From the NCBI GenBank assembly GCA_023267045.1, contig JAHFOB010000001.1, positions 9,593 to 73,592 of the forward strand: a stretch of DNA of 64,000 nucleotides. The letters are read 5' to 3'. Below, one piece after another: positions 8,934 through 19,486 of this stretch. Numbering within the stretch: position 1 is the stretch's first letter; each line of letters begins with the position of its first letter. Both the position numbers and the translations under genes were made by a program. The DNA is from Candidatus Zambryskiibacteriota bacterium (GTDB lineage: Bacteria; Patescibacteriota; Minisyncoccia; Phycocordibacterales; DATDWN01). The notes under the pieces are model-generated. The model ran no database searches. It was not told the origin of the DNA and was given only the letters and a program-made list of their open reading frames with translations.

Positions 8934-10265
8934 ATGAAAAAAAATCAGACTGAATACTCAGGTTGGGGTAATTATCCCAGACTTATGGCAGAGACGCTAG
9001 AACCAGAAAGTATTGAGGCGTTACAAGAAGTAGTTCGAAAAGCCGAAGTGGTTATTCCTCGTGGATTAGGTCGGAGCTACGGAGATTCAGCTCTATCAGT
9101 CCTGTTACTTTCCCTAAAACGCATGAATTATCCACAAAAATTTGATGAAAAAACTGGTATATTAACAACTGGCGGAGGAACATCATTCAAGACGATATTA
9201 GAGATGATTATTCCCCTCGGTTGGTTTTTGCCGGTTACACCTGGCACAAAACATATCACACTTGGTGGGGCCATTGCAGCGGATGTTCATGGAAAAAATC
9301 ATCATAAGGATGGATCATTTGGAGATTACGTGGTCTCAATGAATATTATGATGGCGGGTGGGGACATAGTAACATGCTCGAAAACAGAAAAAACTGAACT
9401 CTTTCATGCAAGTATTGGGGGGATGGGACTCTTGGGTATTATAGTGAGTGCTACAGTGCAGATGAGACCTATAGAGACGTCATTTATTTCACAAAAGATT
9501 GTTCGCACAAAAAACTTTGAGGAGACAATGAATACTCTACAAAATGCAAAAGATACAACATATTCAATCACATGGATTGACTCAGCTGCTCGTGGTAAAA
9601 AGATGGGTAGGGGGGTTGTGTTTTTGGGGGATCATGCGCCCGCTGCACTTATTCCAAGAGGAATTTCTGTTCTTCCTGTATCACGAAAGAAATCATGGCC
9701 AATATTTTTTTCTCTACCACGTTTTGCATTAAACATGTTATCTGTAAAAATACTGAATAAGTTTATTTATTTTTTGCATCCATCGAAAGAGTCGCTTGTT
9801 TCATATGATTCATTCTTCTATCCCCTCGACCAATTCTCAAATTGGAATCGTATTTACGGTAGTTCTGGGTTTTTGGAATATCAGTGTGTTGTTCCTAAAC
9901 AGGGCGGTGACCAGGTAATACGACGCATTATCGAAGAAACTGTATCGAGTGGACTACCAGCGCATCTTATGGGTTTTAAAATTTTTGGTAAGGCAAATGA
10001 CAACCTTCTCTCATTTCCTATGGAAGGATACACGCTTGGAATCGATTTTTCCATTCGCAAGGATTTAACAACTCTTTTTAAAGTTTTCGATGATATAGTT
10101 ATACGTTCTGGGGGGAGATTATATCTTGCAAAAGATACACGTATGTCGAAAGAAATATTCGATACTTCTTACAGGCGTGCTGAGGAGTTTAAAAAATATA
10201 AACGACAGGTTGACCCAACAAGTAAATTTCGTTCTCTCCAGTCAATGCGTCTTGGGCTGTATTAA
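8934..10265 (+). CDS. FAD-linked oxidase, DprE1-like (polyprenyl-phosphoryl-ribose 2'-oxidase)
   Basis: GWG, RGLGRSYGD, PVTPGT, DVHGKNHH, GGRLYLAKD, SxQSxRLGL motifs. Confidence 0.85.
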   Translation: MKKNQTEYSGWGNYPRLMAETLEPESIEALQEVVRKAEVVIPRGLGRSYGDSALSVLLLSLKRMNYPQKFDEKTGILTTGGGTSFKTILEMIIPLGWFLPVTPGTKHITLGGAIAADVHGKNHHKDGSFGDYVVSMNIMMAGGDIVTCSKTEKTELFHASIGGMGLLGIIVSATVQMRPIETSFISQKIVRTKNFEETMNTLQNAKDTTYSITWIDSAARGKKMGRGVVFLGDHAPAALIPRGISVLPVSRKKSWPIFFSLPRFALNMLSVKILNKFIYFLHPSKESLVSYDSFFYPLDQFSNWNRIYGSSGFLEYQCVVPKQGGDQVIRRIIEETVSSGLPAHLMGFKIFGKANDNLLSFPMEGYTLGIDFSIRKDLTTLFKVFDDIVIRSGGRLYLAKDTRMSKEIFDTSYRRAEEFKKYKRQVDPTSKFRSLQSMRLGLY

Positions 10266-10291
10266 TAGATAGATGATATTATAGTATAATT

Positions 10292-11026
10292 ATGGAAAAA
10301 CCTTGGATACTCATCATTAGTGCTGGTTCTGATATCGCAATGAAAACAGCAGAAAGGTTTGTGGCTTTAGGTAATAATCTTTATCTAGCTGCTCATCATC
10401 CAGAAGAAATTCAATCATTCGCAGACAACCTTACTTTACGTTACCATGTGAAAATAACTGTTCTACCGTTTGATATTGTAAAGACGCAGTCACACGATGC
10501 TTTCCTAAGTAGTCTTCCAGTTGTGCCGAAAGGAATATTGATTGCTACTGGCTATGCAGGAGAGCAAGAATATTCTGAAAACAACATGAAAGAAGTAGAG
10601 CACATCATCAATGTTAATTTTATAGGTTGTATTTTTTTTCTTGAAATATGTGTGAAATATTTTGAAGGTAAGAAGGCATTTATTGTTGCCATCTCTTCAG
10701 TTGCTGGTGAACGTGGTCGTCGAAGTAATTATATATATGGCGCGTCAAAGGCTGGTCTTACTGCGTACTTGTCTGGACTTCGTGTGCGTCTCAGACCGAA
10801 AGGTATTGAGGTTATTACCATAATACCTGGTATTGTAAGAACGAAAATGTCTGCCGGAAAAGTATTTCCTCAATTCCTTGCGGCGACACCTGAGAAAGTA
10901 GCGATAGATATTGAGAAAGCGATCCGTCAAAGAACACCAGTTATATATACACCATGGTGGTGGCGTTTTGTAATGTTTAGTATAAAACTTATTCCTGAAA
11001 GAATATTTATGAGGATAAATTGGTAG
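10292..11026 (+). CDS. Short-chain dehydrogenase, DprE2-like
   Basis: SSVAGERGRRSNYIYGASKAG; adjacent to DprE1-like gene. Confidence 0.85.
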   Translation: MEKPWILIISAGSDIAMKTAERFVALGNNLYLAAHHPEEIQSFADNLTLRYHVKITVLPFDIVKTQSHDAFLSSLPVVPKGILIATGYAGEQEYSENNMKEVEHIINVNFIGCIFFLEICVKYFEGKKAFIVAISSVAGERGRRSNYIYGASKAGLTAYLSGLRVRLRPKGIEVITIIPGIVRTKMSAGKVFPQFLAATPEKVAIDIEKAIRQRTPVIYTPWWWRFVMFSIKLIPERIFMRINW

Positions 11027-11064
11027 AACTCCCTCTTTTATTATAGAATTTAAGGTACTATATT

Positions 11065-12561
11065 ATGGAATATTCAGACTACATAGAGTCATTTTTCACA
11101 GAAAAAAGAAAGAAAATAATTCTAGCTATAGTTTTTGTTTTAGCACTATTTCTAATAACTTTCCAATTCATTAATACTCCAATGGTTTGGACTGACGAAG
11201 GTCTCTTTACTGAGATGTCTCGAAACGTAGCTTTTCACGGAGTGTGGGGTGTTCAGACAGCACCAGGAGTGTATTCTTTAATGAATACCACATTTGTTTC
11301 TGTAAGTTATCCAGTTATATTTGCTGTCGCGGTAAGTTTAAAACTTTTTGGTATCGGAGTTTTTCAGGCACGATTGCCCATGATCTTGTATATGTTTTTA
11401 TTAGTTGTCTTTTTTTATCTTTTTGCCAAAAAAAGATACGGTTTTTATCCAGCTGTTTTGTCAGTTCTTTTACTTTTATCTTTTTCACCTTTTTATGGTG
11501 ATGGTAGGCCTGTTCTTGGAGAAGTGCCCGGTTTAGTTTTTTTTGTTTTAGGTGCGTATTGGCTTCTTTTTTGGGAGGAAAGTGATTTTAAAAATATAAA
11601 GTGGGCGTTACTCACTGGATTTGCTTTCGGACTCTCAGCTGCTACTAAAGAAATTTATTTGATTGGGGTTCCATTAGCATTTATTGTCGCTCTCTTTTTT
11701 TGTTTTAAAAGAGAGCGACAAAAAGTAGAAAACAAAAAAACACTATTGTATTTTTTGTTAGGCTTTATTCCACCAGTTTTTGTATGGGCATATATTCATC
11801 TCATTTCTTCGAATACTGTAATGGATTTTATTCCAAACTATTTATATTTTTCTGGTAATCATGGTAGTAATTTGTCCACTATACAGACAATTGTAAGTAA
11901 TTTTATGAGATTTTTTACCGAATCGACTCCAATTCTTTTCTCTTTTTTACTTATTGTGACAATTGTCTCTTTTCTTTTTAGATTTAGGAAAGGTACATCA
12001 GAGCATTTTAGTGTTGCAGAGTGCACAATATTTGCTTTTGTTATTTTGAATTGGGCAGGATATTTGAAGGGAACAGGTTGGTATCGTTATTTTTTCCCGG
12101 CGCATATTCTACTTTACCTACTTTTTCCGGCTGCTCTTTTACTTTTTGCTAGACATTTTAAAAATCAATTTTTGAAAAAATATCTAATTGTCATTCCTAT
12201 CGTTTTGGTTATATTTCAGTTTTACTATCTAATATTTTTATCAGACACATCTTTTGTTGTTTCAAGAACTAGAAATACGGAGCTTACTCTAGTTCTTTCA
12301 AAAATTGATCCTTCAAAAAATGTTGTGTTCTATAACACTATGGAAACAATCATATTTTTTAAGGGAAATAATTATTCACAGTATTTATCAGTAGGTGATT
12401 TTATAGTAGTTGGAGACAAAAATATCTTATCCAGTACGACAGCAGACTATATAGTCAGTAATACTGATCAAAATCTTTCTGTCTCCCAATTATGTTATGA
12501 AAAAACATCTGTAAGTAGATATTATTTATTTACACGTTTGAATAATTGTAAAAAGAATTAG
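11065..12561 (+). CDS. GT-C type membrane glycosyltransferase (PMT_2/ArnT-like)
   Basis: WTDE after first TM, ARL motif, multi-TM. Confidence 0.75.
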   Translation: MEYSDYIESFFTEKRKKIILAIVFVLALFLITFQFINTPMVWTDEGLFTEMSRNVAFHGVWGVQTAPGVYSLMNTTFVSVSYPVIFAVAVSLKLFGIGVFQARLPMILYMFLLVVFFYLFAKKRYGFYPAVLSVLLLLSFSPFYGDGRPVLGEVPGLVFFVLGAYWLLFWEESDFKNIKWALLTGFAFGLSAATKEIYLIGVPLAFIVALFFCFKRERQKVENKKTLLYFLLGFIPPVFVWAYIHLISSNTVMDFIPNYLYFSGNHGSNLSTIQTIVSNFMRFFTESTPILFSFLLIVTIVSFLFRFRKGTSEHFSVAECTIFAFVILNWAGYLKGTGWYRYFFPAHILLYLLFPAALLLFARHFKNQFLKKYLIVIPIVLVIFQFYYLIFLSDTSFVVSRTRNTELTLVLSKIDPSKNVVFYNTMETIIFFKGNNYSQYLSVGDFIVVGDKNILSSTTADYIVSNTDQNLSVSQLCYEKTSVSRYYLFTRLNNCKKN

Positions 12562-12652
12562 AGGATATTTACGGATATCTCAAAAGATGGTAGGGTTTAC
12601 CAAAATATTTAAGGGCTTATATACAACTGATTAGTCAAACTTTTATATCAAA

Positions 12653-14434
12653 ATGAAGACATTATCAATAGTTATCCCAATATATAACGAAAAGAGTACA
12701 CTCTCCAAGACGCTTAAAAGAGTGGAGGAAAGTCCAGTAGGTGAATTAAAAAAGGAAATAATTTTAGTCGATGATTTTTCAACAGACGGAAGTAGGGAAA
12801 TTTTAGAAGATTTAGTAAAAACAGGCAGGTATAAAATTTTCTTTCAAGATAAAAATAGTGGCAAGGGTTCTTGTTTGCGGTTAGGTTTCAAAGAGGCTCG
12901 TGGAGATTTTATTATTGTTCAAGATGCTGATTTAGAGTACAACCCAAATGAATATCAAAATTTACTAGAACCGCTGACAAACGGTTTGGCCGATGTAGTG
13001 TACGGATCACGTTTTGTAGGTGATAAACAGCATAGAGTTTTATTTTTCTGGCATTATCTTGGCAATAGATTTTTAACATTGTTTTCAAATATTTTCACAG
13101 GTCTCAATCTTTCAGATATGGAAACTTGCTACAAAGCTTTTACAAAACAAGCTCTGTTAAAAGTATTACCATCTTTGAAATCCAATCGTTTCGGTATAGA
13201 GCCAGAAATTACTGCGGTCATAGCTCATAATAAACTAAGAATATTTGAAGTGGGCATATCATATGCAGGACGTACTTACGAAGAAGGTAAAAAAATAAAT
13301 TGGAAGGATGGTTTATCTGCCATCTGGACCATTGTAAAATCTAGTTTCCGTTTATCTTCTATTGGCAGAGATAGATATAAAACTTGGCTTCTTATTATAC
13401 TTTTACTTTTACCTATTTTTTCTATAACCGTACTTAAGCCAGAAATAGAAGGGGATAGTATTTCTTACGTTGAGACTTTGGGGGTACTCAAAGGGGGAAT
13501 TACGCCAACTCATTTTGTGCCAAATCGTCTTATCACGACATATTTTGGACTTTTGACGATTAGGTTTGCAGATGCAATATTTCATAATCTTAAATTTTCA
13601 TGGCTTCTAGTTAACAGTCTTCTTTATGTTATTATGGGTCTGTTTTTTTACTCACTTTTGCAAAAATTATTTCAAAATAAAAGAATATCTTTCATCAGCA
13701 CACTATTTTTAGTGACAAACTATTCTGCCGTCACATTTGGTTTAGCATATCTAATGGATATTGGAGGTTGGACATTTTATATTATTTCTCTTTATTTCTC
13801 TTCACTTTATTTGGAAACTAAAAAGACTGATTGGTTATGGCTTTCTGCTCTGGTACTTTCTTTCGGGGGGTTATTTAAAGAGTATGCTCTTTTGGGCTAC
13901 ATTGTTCTCTTTGGACTTATTTTGTTTATAAACTGGAAAGAATGGAGAAAGATTGCAAAACTCACTTTCTTTACTGGGCTCATAACTTTTGGTCCAGTAA
14001 TTTTGATAAATCTTTATTCATTGTTCGTCTATGATTACACGTATTTCTCTTGGCTTGCTGTTCAATCAAAGTATGTTTATAAATCTAGAATTTTGGAATA
14101 TATAAAAAGTTTTGGTTCGCTGTACAATTTTGATTGGTTCATCTTTTTGCCTGGATTTTACTTACTTTTGAAAAATTACAAAAAAATATTTAAAAATGAA
14201 TCACTATTGTTTATCCTACTTGTCTGTTTGTCTAGCTTACCTATTTTTCTATGGGGAGCTATAACCCAAAGAGTTTTGTTTATTACTGTTCCCGCACTCG
14301 TTTTGATTTCCAGTTTATTTCTTAAAAAAATAGATACATATTGGTATGTGGTGTTATCTCTTTTATTTCTGTATGTTTTATCTAGTTTTCTTATGGATTC
14401 TTATATTTTAAACACTGTTAATCTTGGTTTTTGA
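12653..14434 (+). CDS. GT2 polyprenol-phosphate glycosyltransferase fused to a GT-C-like membrane domain
   Basis: N-terminal ~230 aa with QDADLEY, DMETCYK, GRTYEEGKKINWKDG; C-terminal ~360 aa multi-TM. Confidence 0.8.
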   Translation: MKTLSIVIPIYNEKSTLSKTLKRVEESPVGELKKEIILVDDFSTDGSREILEDLVKTGRYKIFFQDKNSGKGSCLRLGFKEARGDFIIVQDADLEYNPNEYQNLLEPLTNGLADVVYGSRFVGDKQHRVLFFWHYLGNRFLTLFSNIFTGLNLSDMETCYKAFTKQALLKVLPSLKSNRFGIEPEITAVIAHNKLRIFEVGISYAGRTYEEGKKINWKDGLSAIWTIVKSSFRLSSIGRDRYKTWLLIILLLLPIFSITVLKPEIEGDSISYVETLGVLKGGITPTHFVPNRLITTYFGLLTIRFADAIFHNLKFSWLLVNSLLYVIMGLFFYSLLQKLFQNKRISFISTLFLVTNYSAVTFGLAYLMDIGGWTFYIISLYFSSLYLETKKTDWLWLSALVLSFGGLFKEYALLGYIVLFGLILFINWKEWRKIAKLTFFTGLITFGPVILINLYSLFVYDYTYFSWLAVQSKYVYKSRILEYIKSFGSLYNFDWFIFLPGFYLLLKNYKKIFKNESLLFILLVCLSSLPIFLWGAITQRVLFITVPALVLISSLFLKKIDTYWYVVLSLLFLYVLSSFLMDSYILNTVNLGF

Positions 14435-14443
14435 TAAAATTAT

Positions 14444-15556
14444 ATGCATCAAAAAAAAATAATTTTTGCAATTGATCAATTGGGAATGGGTGGTGCTGAA
14501 AACATGATTGTGCAGCAGGTAAATCATATAGACAGAAAAATCTTCAAAGTCTATCTGATTACTCTTTTTTCCAATCCAAAGGTCAATGTAGCAGATAAAA
14601 TTGACCCTGACGTTACATATGTTCAGTTTAATTTTCGTAGTCCATTTTCCGGGCTTTTGGATATTAGTTCTTGGTGGAGATTATATAAATTTTTTCGAAA
14701 AGAAAAATTTGATGTAGTTGATACTAATCTTTTTATCACAAATATTATTGTTCGTATCGTTGCTATATTTGCGGGTGTACCAGTCATTTTATCTAACGAA
14801 CTAAATGTGTATAAAAATAAAAAGTATTGGCAGATATGCATTGATAAAATACTAGCTCGTTTTACAAAGGTAATATTTGCTAGTTCTTCTGAAGTTCTAG
14901 AATTTACAGCAGAGCAGGAGCACCTATCCAAGGATAAATTTTGTTTGAATTATAATGCCATTCCTCTAAAACTTTTTAAAGTTAAAGAAAATCGTAATAA
15001 AGTATTGACCGAATTCGCCTTACCTACCGACTCTTTTTATATTGTTACAGCCGGCAGACTTATAGTCCAAAAAGGTCACAAGTATCTATTAGAAGCAGCT
15101 CAAATACTTAAAAAACAAGGTATTTCTAATTTCAAAGTTCTTATTTTTGGTCAGGGAGTTCTAGAAGAAGAGATTTCAAAGCAAATTATTTCTCTAGGTT
15201 TGGAATACCAAGTAAAATTAATGGGGTTAAGTTCGATGGACAATATTCTTGCTATAAGTGATACTTTTGTCTTGCCTTCTTTATGGGAAGGTTTGTCCAT
15301 AGCTCTCCTTCAGGCTATGGATTCTGGTTCAGTTATTGTAGCTACAGATATTAGTGGCTCAAGAGAAGCTATTATAAATGGCACGAGTGGTCTAGTTGTT
15401 AGTTCTGGTGATTCGGAGAAACTTGCTTCGGCTCTAAGTACTGTTATGAAAGATACACAATTGCGAACTAAGCTTTCACGTGGAGCACTTGAACAGGTGA
15501 AAAAATTTTCAATTGAAGCAAATGTCAAAATAATAGAAAGGGAAGCTCTAAAATAG
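14444..15556 (+). CDS. GT4 family glycosyltransferase
   Basis: GGAE, GRLxxQKG, PSLWEGLSIALLQAM. Confidence 0.9.
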   Translation: MHQKKIIFAIDQLGMGGAENMIVQQVNHIDRKIFKVYLITLFSNPKVNVADKIDPDVTYVQFNFRSPFSGLLDISSWWRLYKFFRKEKFDVVDTNLFITNIIVRIVAIFAGVPVILSNELNVYKNKKYWQICIDKILARFTKVIFASSSEVLEFTAEQEHLSKDKFCLNYNAIPLKLFKVKENRNKVLTEFALPTDSFYIVTAGRLIVQKGHKYLLEAAQILKKQGISNFKVLIFGQGVLEEEISKQIISLGLEYQVKLMGLSSMDNILAISDTFVLPSLWEGLSIALLQAMDSGSVIVATDISGSREAIINGTSGLVVSSGDSEKLASALSTVMKDTQLRTKLSRGALEQVKKFSIEANVKIIEREALK

Positions 15557-15573
15557 GTTATAATTAGAAAGAT

Positions 15574-16569
15574 ATGAAAAGTATACAAAAAAGAGTATTT
15601 AAGGATAAAAACGTACTTATTACTGGTGGGGCTGGGTTTATCGGTAGTTCTTTGGCTCACGCTTTAGTCAGTTTGGGTGCAAAAGTCACTGTGGTTGATC
15701 CTCTACTACCTCTATATGGCGGCAATATGTTTAACCTTGAAAGTATTTTAGATAGGATAACTTTTGTAGATGGAGATATTCGTGATGGAGATTTGATGAT
15801 GAAACTAGTAAAAGATCAGGATATAGTTTTCAACTTAGCTGCCCAGGTTAGCTATATCGATTCCAAGACAGAACCTTTCCTTGATTTGGAAATTAATTGT
15901 CGTGGACATTTGAACGTTCTTGAGGCTGTTCGTACTGTTTCACCAAAGTGTCGAGTCATTTTTTCTTCATCTCGTATGGTCTACGGAAAGATTTTGAAAG
16001 TACCTGTTTCAGAGGATCATCCAACAAATCCACTTAGTCTATACGGAATTCATAAACTAACCGCCGAAAAGTATTATAAGTATTATCACGATACTTTCGG
16101 CCTAGATACTATTGTTTTACGTATTCCTAATCCATATGGGCCACGGCAACAGATGAAACACAGTAAGTACTCAATAGTGGGGTGGTTTATCAGGCAAGCT
16201 TTTGAATCTAACCCGATTACTATTTTTGGTGATGGAAAACAGGATAGAGATTATCTATATATAGATGATATTGTTTCGGCATTTTTGAAATTGGCAGAAA
16301 GTGGAAAATCAGGGGAGATTTATAATGCTGGCACAAAAGAAAAGGTAACTTTTGTTCAAATGGTTGATGCTATTTTAGCTGAAGTACCATCTGGAACAAA
16401 AAAGCATGTTCCATGGCCAGATAATTATGAAAAAAATGAAACGGGTGGTTACGTGGCAGATGCTTCCAAAATTGAGCGAGACACATCATGGCAAGCAAAA
16501 GTAAGTTTGAAAGATGGCATTCATAAAACTGTTGCGTATTACAAAAAGAATAAAAAACATTACTGGTAA
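15574..16569 (+). CDS. NAD-dependent nucleotide-sugar epimerase/dehydratase
   Basis: TGGAGFIGS, YGIHK, NPYGPRQ, GDGKQDRDYLYIDD. Confidence 0.9.
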   Translation: MKSIQKRVFKDKNVLITGGAGFIGSSLAHALVSLGAKVTVVDPLLPLYGGNMFNLESILDRITFVDGDIRDGDLMMKLVKDQDIVFNLAAQVSYIDSKTEPFLDLEINCRGHLNVLEAVRTVSPKCRVIFSSSRMVYGKILKVPVSEDHPTNPLSLYGIHKLTAEKYYKYYHDTFGLDTIVLRIPNPYGPRQQMKHSKYSIVGWFIRQAFESNPITIFGDGKQDRDYLYIDDIVSAFLKLAESGKSGEIYNAGTKEKVTFVQMVDAILAEVPSGTKKHVPWPDNYEKNETGGYVADASKIERDTSWQAKVSLKDGIHKTVAYYKKNKKHYW

Positions 16570-16574
16570 GACAT

Positions 16575-17711
16575 ATGGAAGAAACAATTCACAAACCTAA
16601 AGTTGCTTTAATGAGCTACTCGATGGACAACCGTCGGACAAAGGGAACTGCTCTCTATGCACGGAAACTTATAGAAGGTCTTCTAACTAACCAAAAGTGT
16701 GATTACTATCTAGTTCACTACGACAAAGTAGATGATCCGTTGTACAAAAAAGCCAACGAAATTTTAATACCCAAAATAAAACTTCCATATGGTTCTAGGT
16801 TTGTGTCACAATTTATATTTTTTTGGAAATATAGAAACAATAAGTTCGATGTTGTTCACTATTTCCAACCAAGACTTTACCCTTTTTTCTGGTTTGTTCC
16901 TGCAAAAAAAATAATTGTCACGGTACACGGCGCTGGAGATATCTCTGCTCCACAGTACTTTATTTTTTCTCGTACAGTTTTTAACTTTGTTATAGTTCAT
17001 TTTCAGAAGTTCGTAGAAGTGTTTATTGCTGATTCAATCGATGCCAAGGTTGAGATAGTGCAGTATTACAAGTTTCCCGAAAGTAAAGTAAAGGTTATCT
17101 ACCTCGGAGGTGCTGAAAACTATACAGTTATTCCTAAAAATGAGGCTAAAGAATTAGTTTCAAAAAAATATGGAGTAAACGGTGCATTTATACTAGATGT
17201 CTCACGTCTTGTTCCACACAAGAACATAGTTAATCTTATAAAAGCTTATGATAGTATGAGAACAGAATACAGTTCTCATACAGAGAAACTGGTTATTGTG
17301 GGCAGTTCTGTACCCAACCGTGTAGATGAATTCGAGCAGGCAAAAAGTTCACTATTCTCAAAAGACATTTGCTTTATTGGTTTTATTGACGCCGGAGATT
17401 TGAACGCTATTTACTCCGCATCAGATCTTTTTGTGTACCCATCTCTTTCCGAAGGCTTTGGTCTACCTATTTTGGAGGCGATGGGCTCTGGTACGCCAGT
17501 GGTCACTTCAAACATCACTTCAATGCCTGAAATCGCTGGAGATTCAGCGCTTTTAGTTGACCCACTGAATATTACAGAAATAGCCACAGCGATGCATAAA
17601 GTACTTACGGATAAAGAGTTGCGAGAAAAAAATATAGATAAAGGATTTGAGCGCGTAAAAAAGTTTACTTGGGCTGGAACAGTTCAGAAGACAGAGGAAC
17701 TATATAAATAA
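16575..17711 (+). CDS. GT4 family glycosyltransferase (mannosyl/rhamnosyltransferase-like)
   Basis: PHKN, PSLSEGFGLPILEAM, SMPEIAGD. Confidence 0.9.
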   Translation: MEETIHKPKVALMSYSMDNRRTKGTALYARKLIEGLLTNQKCDYYLVHYDKVDDPLYKKANEILIPKIKLPYGSRFVSQFIFFWKYRNNKFDVVHYFQPRLYPFFWFVPAKKIIVTVHGAGDISAPQYFIFSRTVFNFVIVHFQKFVEVFIADSIDAKVEIVQYYKFPESKVKVIYLGGAENYTVIPKNEAKELVSKKYGVNGAFILDVSRLVPHKNIVNLIKAYDSMRTEYSSHTEKLVIVGSSVPNRVDEFEQAKSSLFSKDICFIGFIDAGDLNAIYSASDLFVYPSLSEGFGLPILEAMGSGTPVVTSNITSMPEIAGDSALLVDPLNITEIATAMHKVLTDKELREKNIDKGFERVKKFTWAGTVQKTEELYK

Positions 17712-17714
17712 AAT

Positions 17715-18539
17715 ATGAAAAATCAATGCCCAATCTGTAATAGTGAAAATACTAAAATTAGGGATAGAGAGATCGGTGTATACGAATGTCTAAAATGTAC
17801 TCACGTTTTTACTGTTATCACAGGCAATCCACTCACACCTTATACAGAGGAATATTATAATAACAAACACAAAAACTGGTTTGAACATCCTGATGTAAGG
17901 TTGTTTAGAAAAATCGTAAAACAACTTGATCTAGAAAATAATCAAGGCAAATCACTAATAGATGTTGGTTGTGGAAAAGGTGATTTTTTGAAATATGTAA
18001 AAAATACTGGATTAAAGATACAACTATACGGTATAGATCCTACTAAAAACGTATACGATGGGATTTATTTTATCCAAGGAGATTTTATGAATATTGATTT
18101 TCCAGACAGAAAAGATTTTGTTGTTTCCACGATGGTTGTTGAACACGTTACAGAACCAAATCTTTTTATGCGCAAGATCGTAGATATACTAAAACCAAAC
18201 GGAGTATTGGTGCTTAATACAATAAACAGTGGTGCACTTATACATTATCTAGCAAGATTTTTAAAAATATTTGGTGTTCGAGTAGTTTTTGATCGTTTAT
18301 ATGACCATCATCATTTGCAACACTATACAAAAAAATCACTATCCCAGTTAGTCATACAAAACGGTTTTGAAATCACTTCTCACACGATTCATAATTTCCC
18401 TTTAAAAGCAGTTGATTTACCTGAAAATCGTGCTATTATAAGGCAAATTTACTTAGCTGGTGTAGCTATTATATTTGCATTTTCCAATGTATTTGGAGGA
18501 GGATTGAGCCAGACAATAGTTTGTCGTAAACACACATGA
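17715..18539 (+). CDS. Class I SAM-dependent methyltransferase with N-terminal Cys motif
   Basis: CPIC..CLKC, DVGCGKG, VVEHV. Confidence 0.85.
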   Translation: MKNQCPICNSENTKIRDREIGVYECLKCTHVFTVITGNPLTPYTEEYYNNKHKNWFEHPDVRLFRKIVKQLDLENNQGKSLIDVGCGKGDFLKYVKNTGLKIQLYGIDPTKNVYDGIYFIQGDFMNIDFPDRKDFVVSTMVVEHVTEPNLFMRKIVDILKPNGVLVLNTINSGALIHYLARFLKIFGVRVVFDRLYDHHHLQHYTKKSLSQLVIQNGFEITSHTIHNFPLKAVDLPENRAIIRQIYLAGVAIIFAFSNVFGGGLSQTIVCRKHT

Positions 18540-19486
18540 AAAAAGAAATATTATCAATAGTTGTGCCGTGTTATAACGAGAGTGAGACTACAGAAAGTAG
18601 TTTCAGGATTTTACAGCAGCTTTGTAACTCTTGGAAAGAAAAAACCCTCATAGCTGACTATGAGTTGCTTTTTGTAAACGATGGGTCTACAGATGATACA
18701 TTTGATATTTTGAAAAAGATTTATAACAAAAATAAAAATGTTTCGATAGTAAATCTCCGAAAAAACTCTGGATTTCAGGCGGCGTTAACCGCTGGTCTTT
18801 TCGAGTCGACAGGGGATATTGTGGTAAGTATTGACGCTGATCTACAGGATGATCCAGAAAAAATAGAAGAAATGATACAGAAATACCATGAGGGGTTTGA
18901 GATGGTGCTCGGTATCCGAAAAGACCGTAGCACAGATACATTTTTCAAACGTTTGTTTGCAGAAACATATTATAAAATCCTTCGAAAAATTGGAGTGAAA
19001 TCTGTATATAACCACGGCGATTTTCGTTTACTGAGTCGCGGTATCATAGATGACCTCAAAAAGTTTCCAGAACGAGTGCGCTATTTGCGATCACTCATCT
19101 TTGAAATAGAACCACGATATGCTTGTGTATACTACGCTCGTACCAAAAGAAAATTTGGTCAAAGTAAGTTTACCTTTTCTAAATCTTTATCACTTGCTAT
19201 TGATGGTGTAACATCTTTTACGGCACAACCAATAAGACTTCTCTCTGTCTTGGGATTTTTTATGTTTATATTGTCTATCGTTTGTACAGTGATTGTGTTT
19301 TTTGGAAAGTTCTACTGGCACTTGGGTATTCCTGGGTGGGCATCTCTTGCACTCATCGTACTTTTTTTCGGAGGCATTCAAAACCTTTCACTAGGAGTGG
19401 TTGGAGAGTATGTTTCTAAAATATATATAGAAAACAAAGCTCGTCCACTATATCTTGTTCGTGATATTTATACACATGGAAAATAA
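18536..19486 (+). CDS. GT2 GtrB/YkcC-like polyprenol glycosyltransferase
   Basis: VVPCYNE, DADLQDDPE, GDFRLLSR, two C-terminal TMs. Confidence 0.9.
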   Translation: MKKEILSIVVPCYNESETTESSFRILQQLCNSWKEKTLIADYELLFVNDGSTDDTFDILKKIYNKNKNVSIVNLRKNSGFQAALTAGLFESTGDIVVSIDADLQDDPEKIEEMIQKYHEGFEMVLGIRKDRSTDTFFKRLFAETYYKILRKIGVKSVYNHGDFRLLSRGIIDDLKKFPERVRYLRSLIFEIEPRYACVYYARTKRKFGQSKFTFSKSLSLAIDGVTSFTAQPIRLLSVLGFFMFILSIVCTVIVFFGKFYWHLGIPGWASLALIVLFFGGIQNLSLGVVGEYVSKIYIENKARPLYLVRDIYTHGK

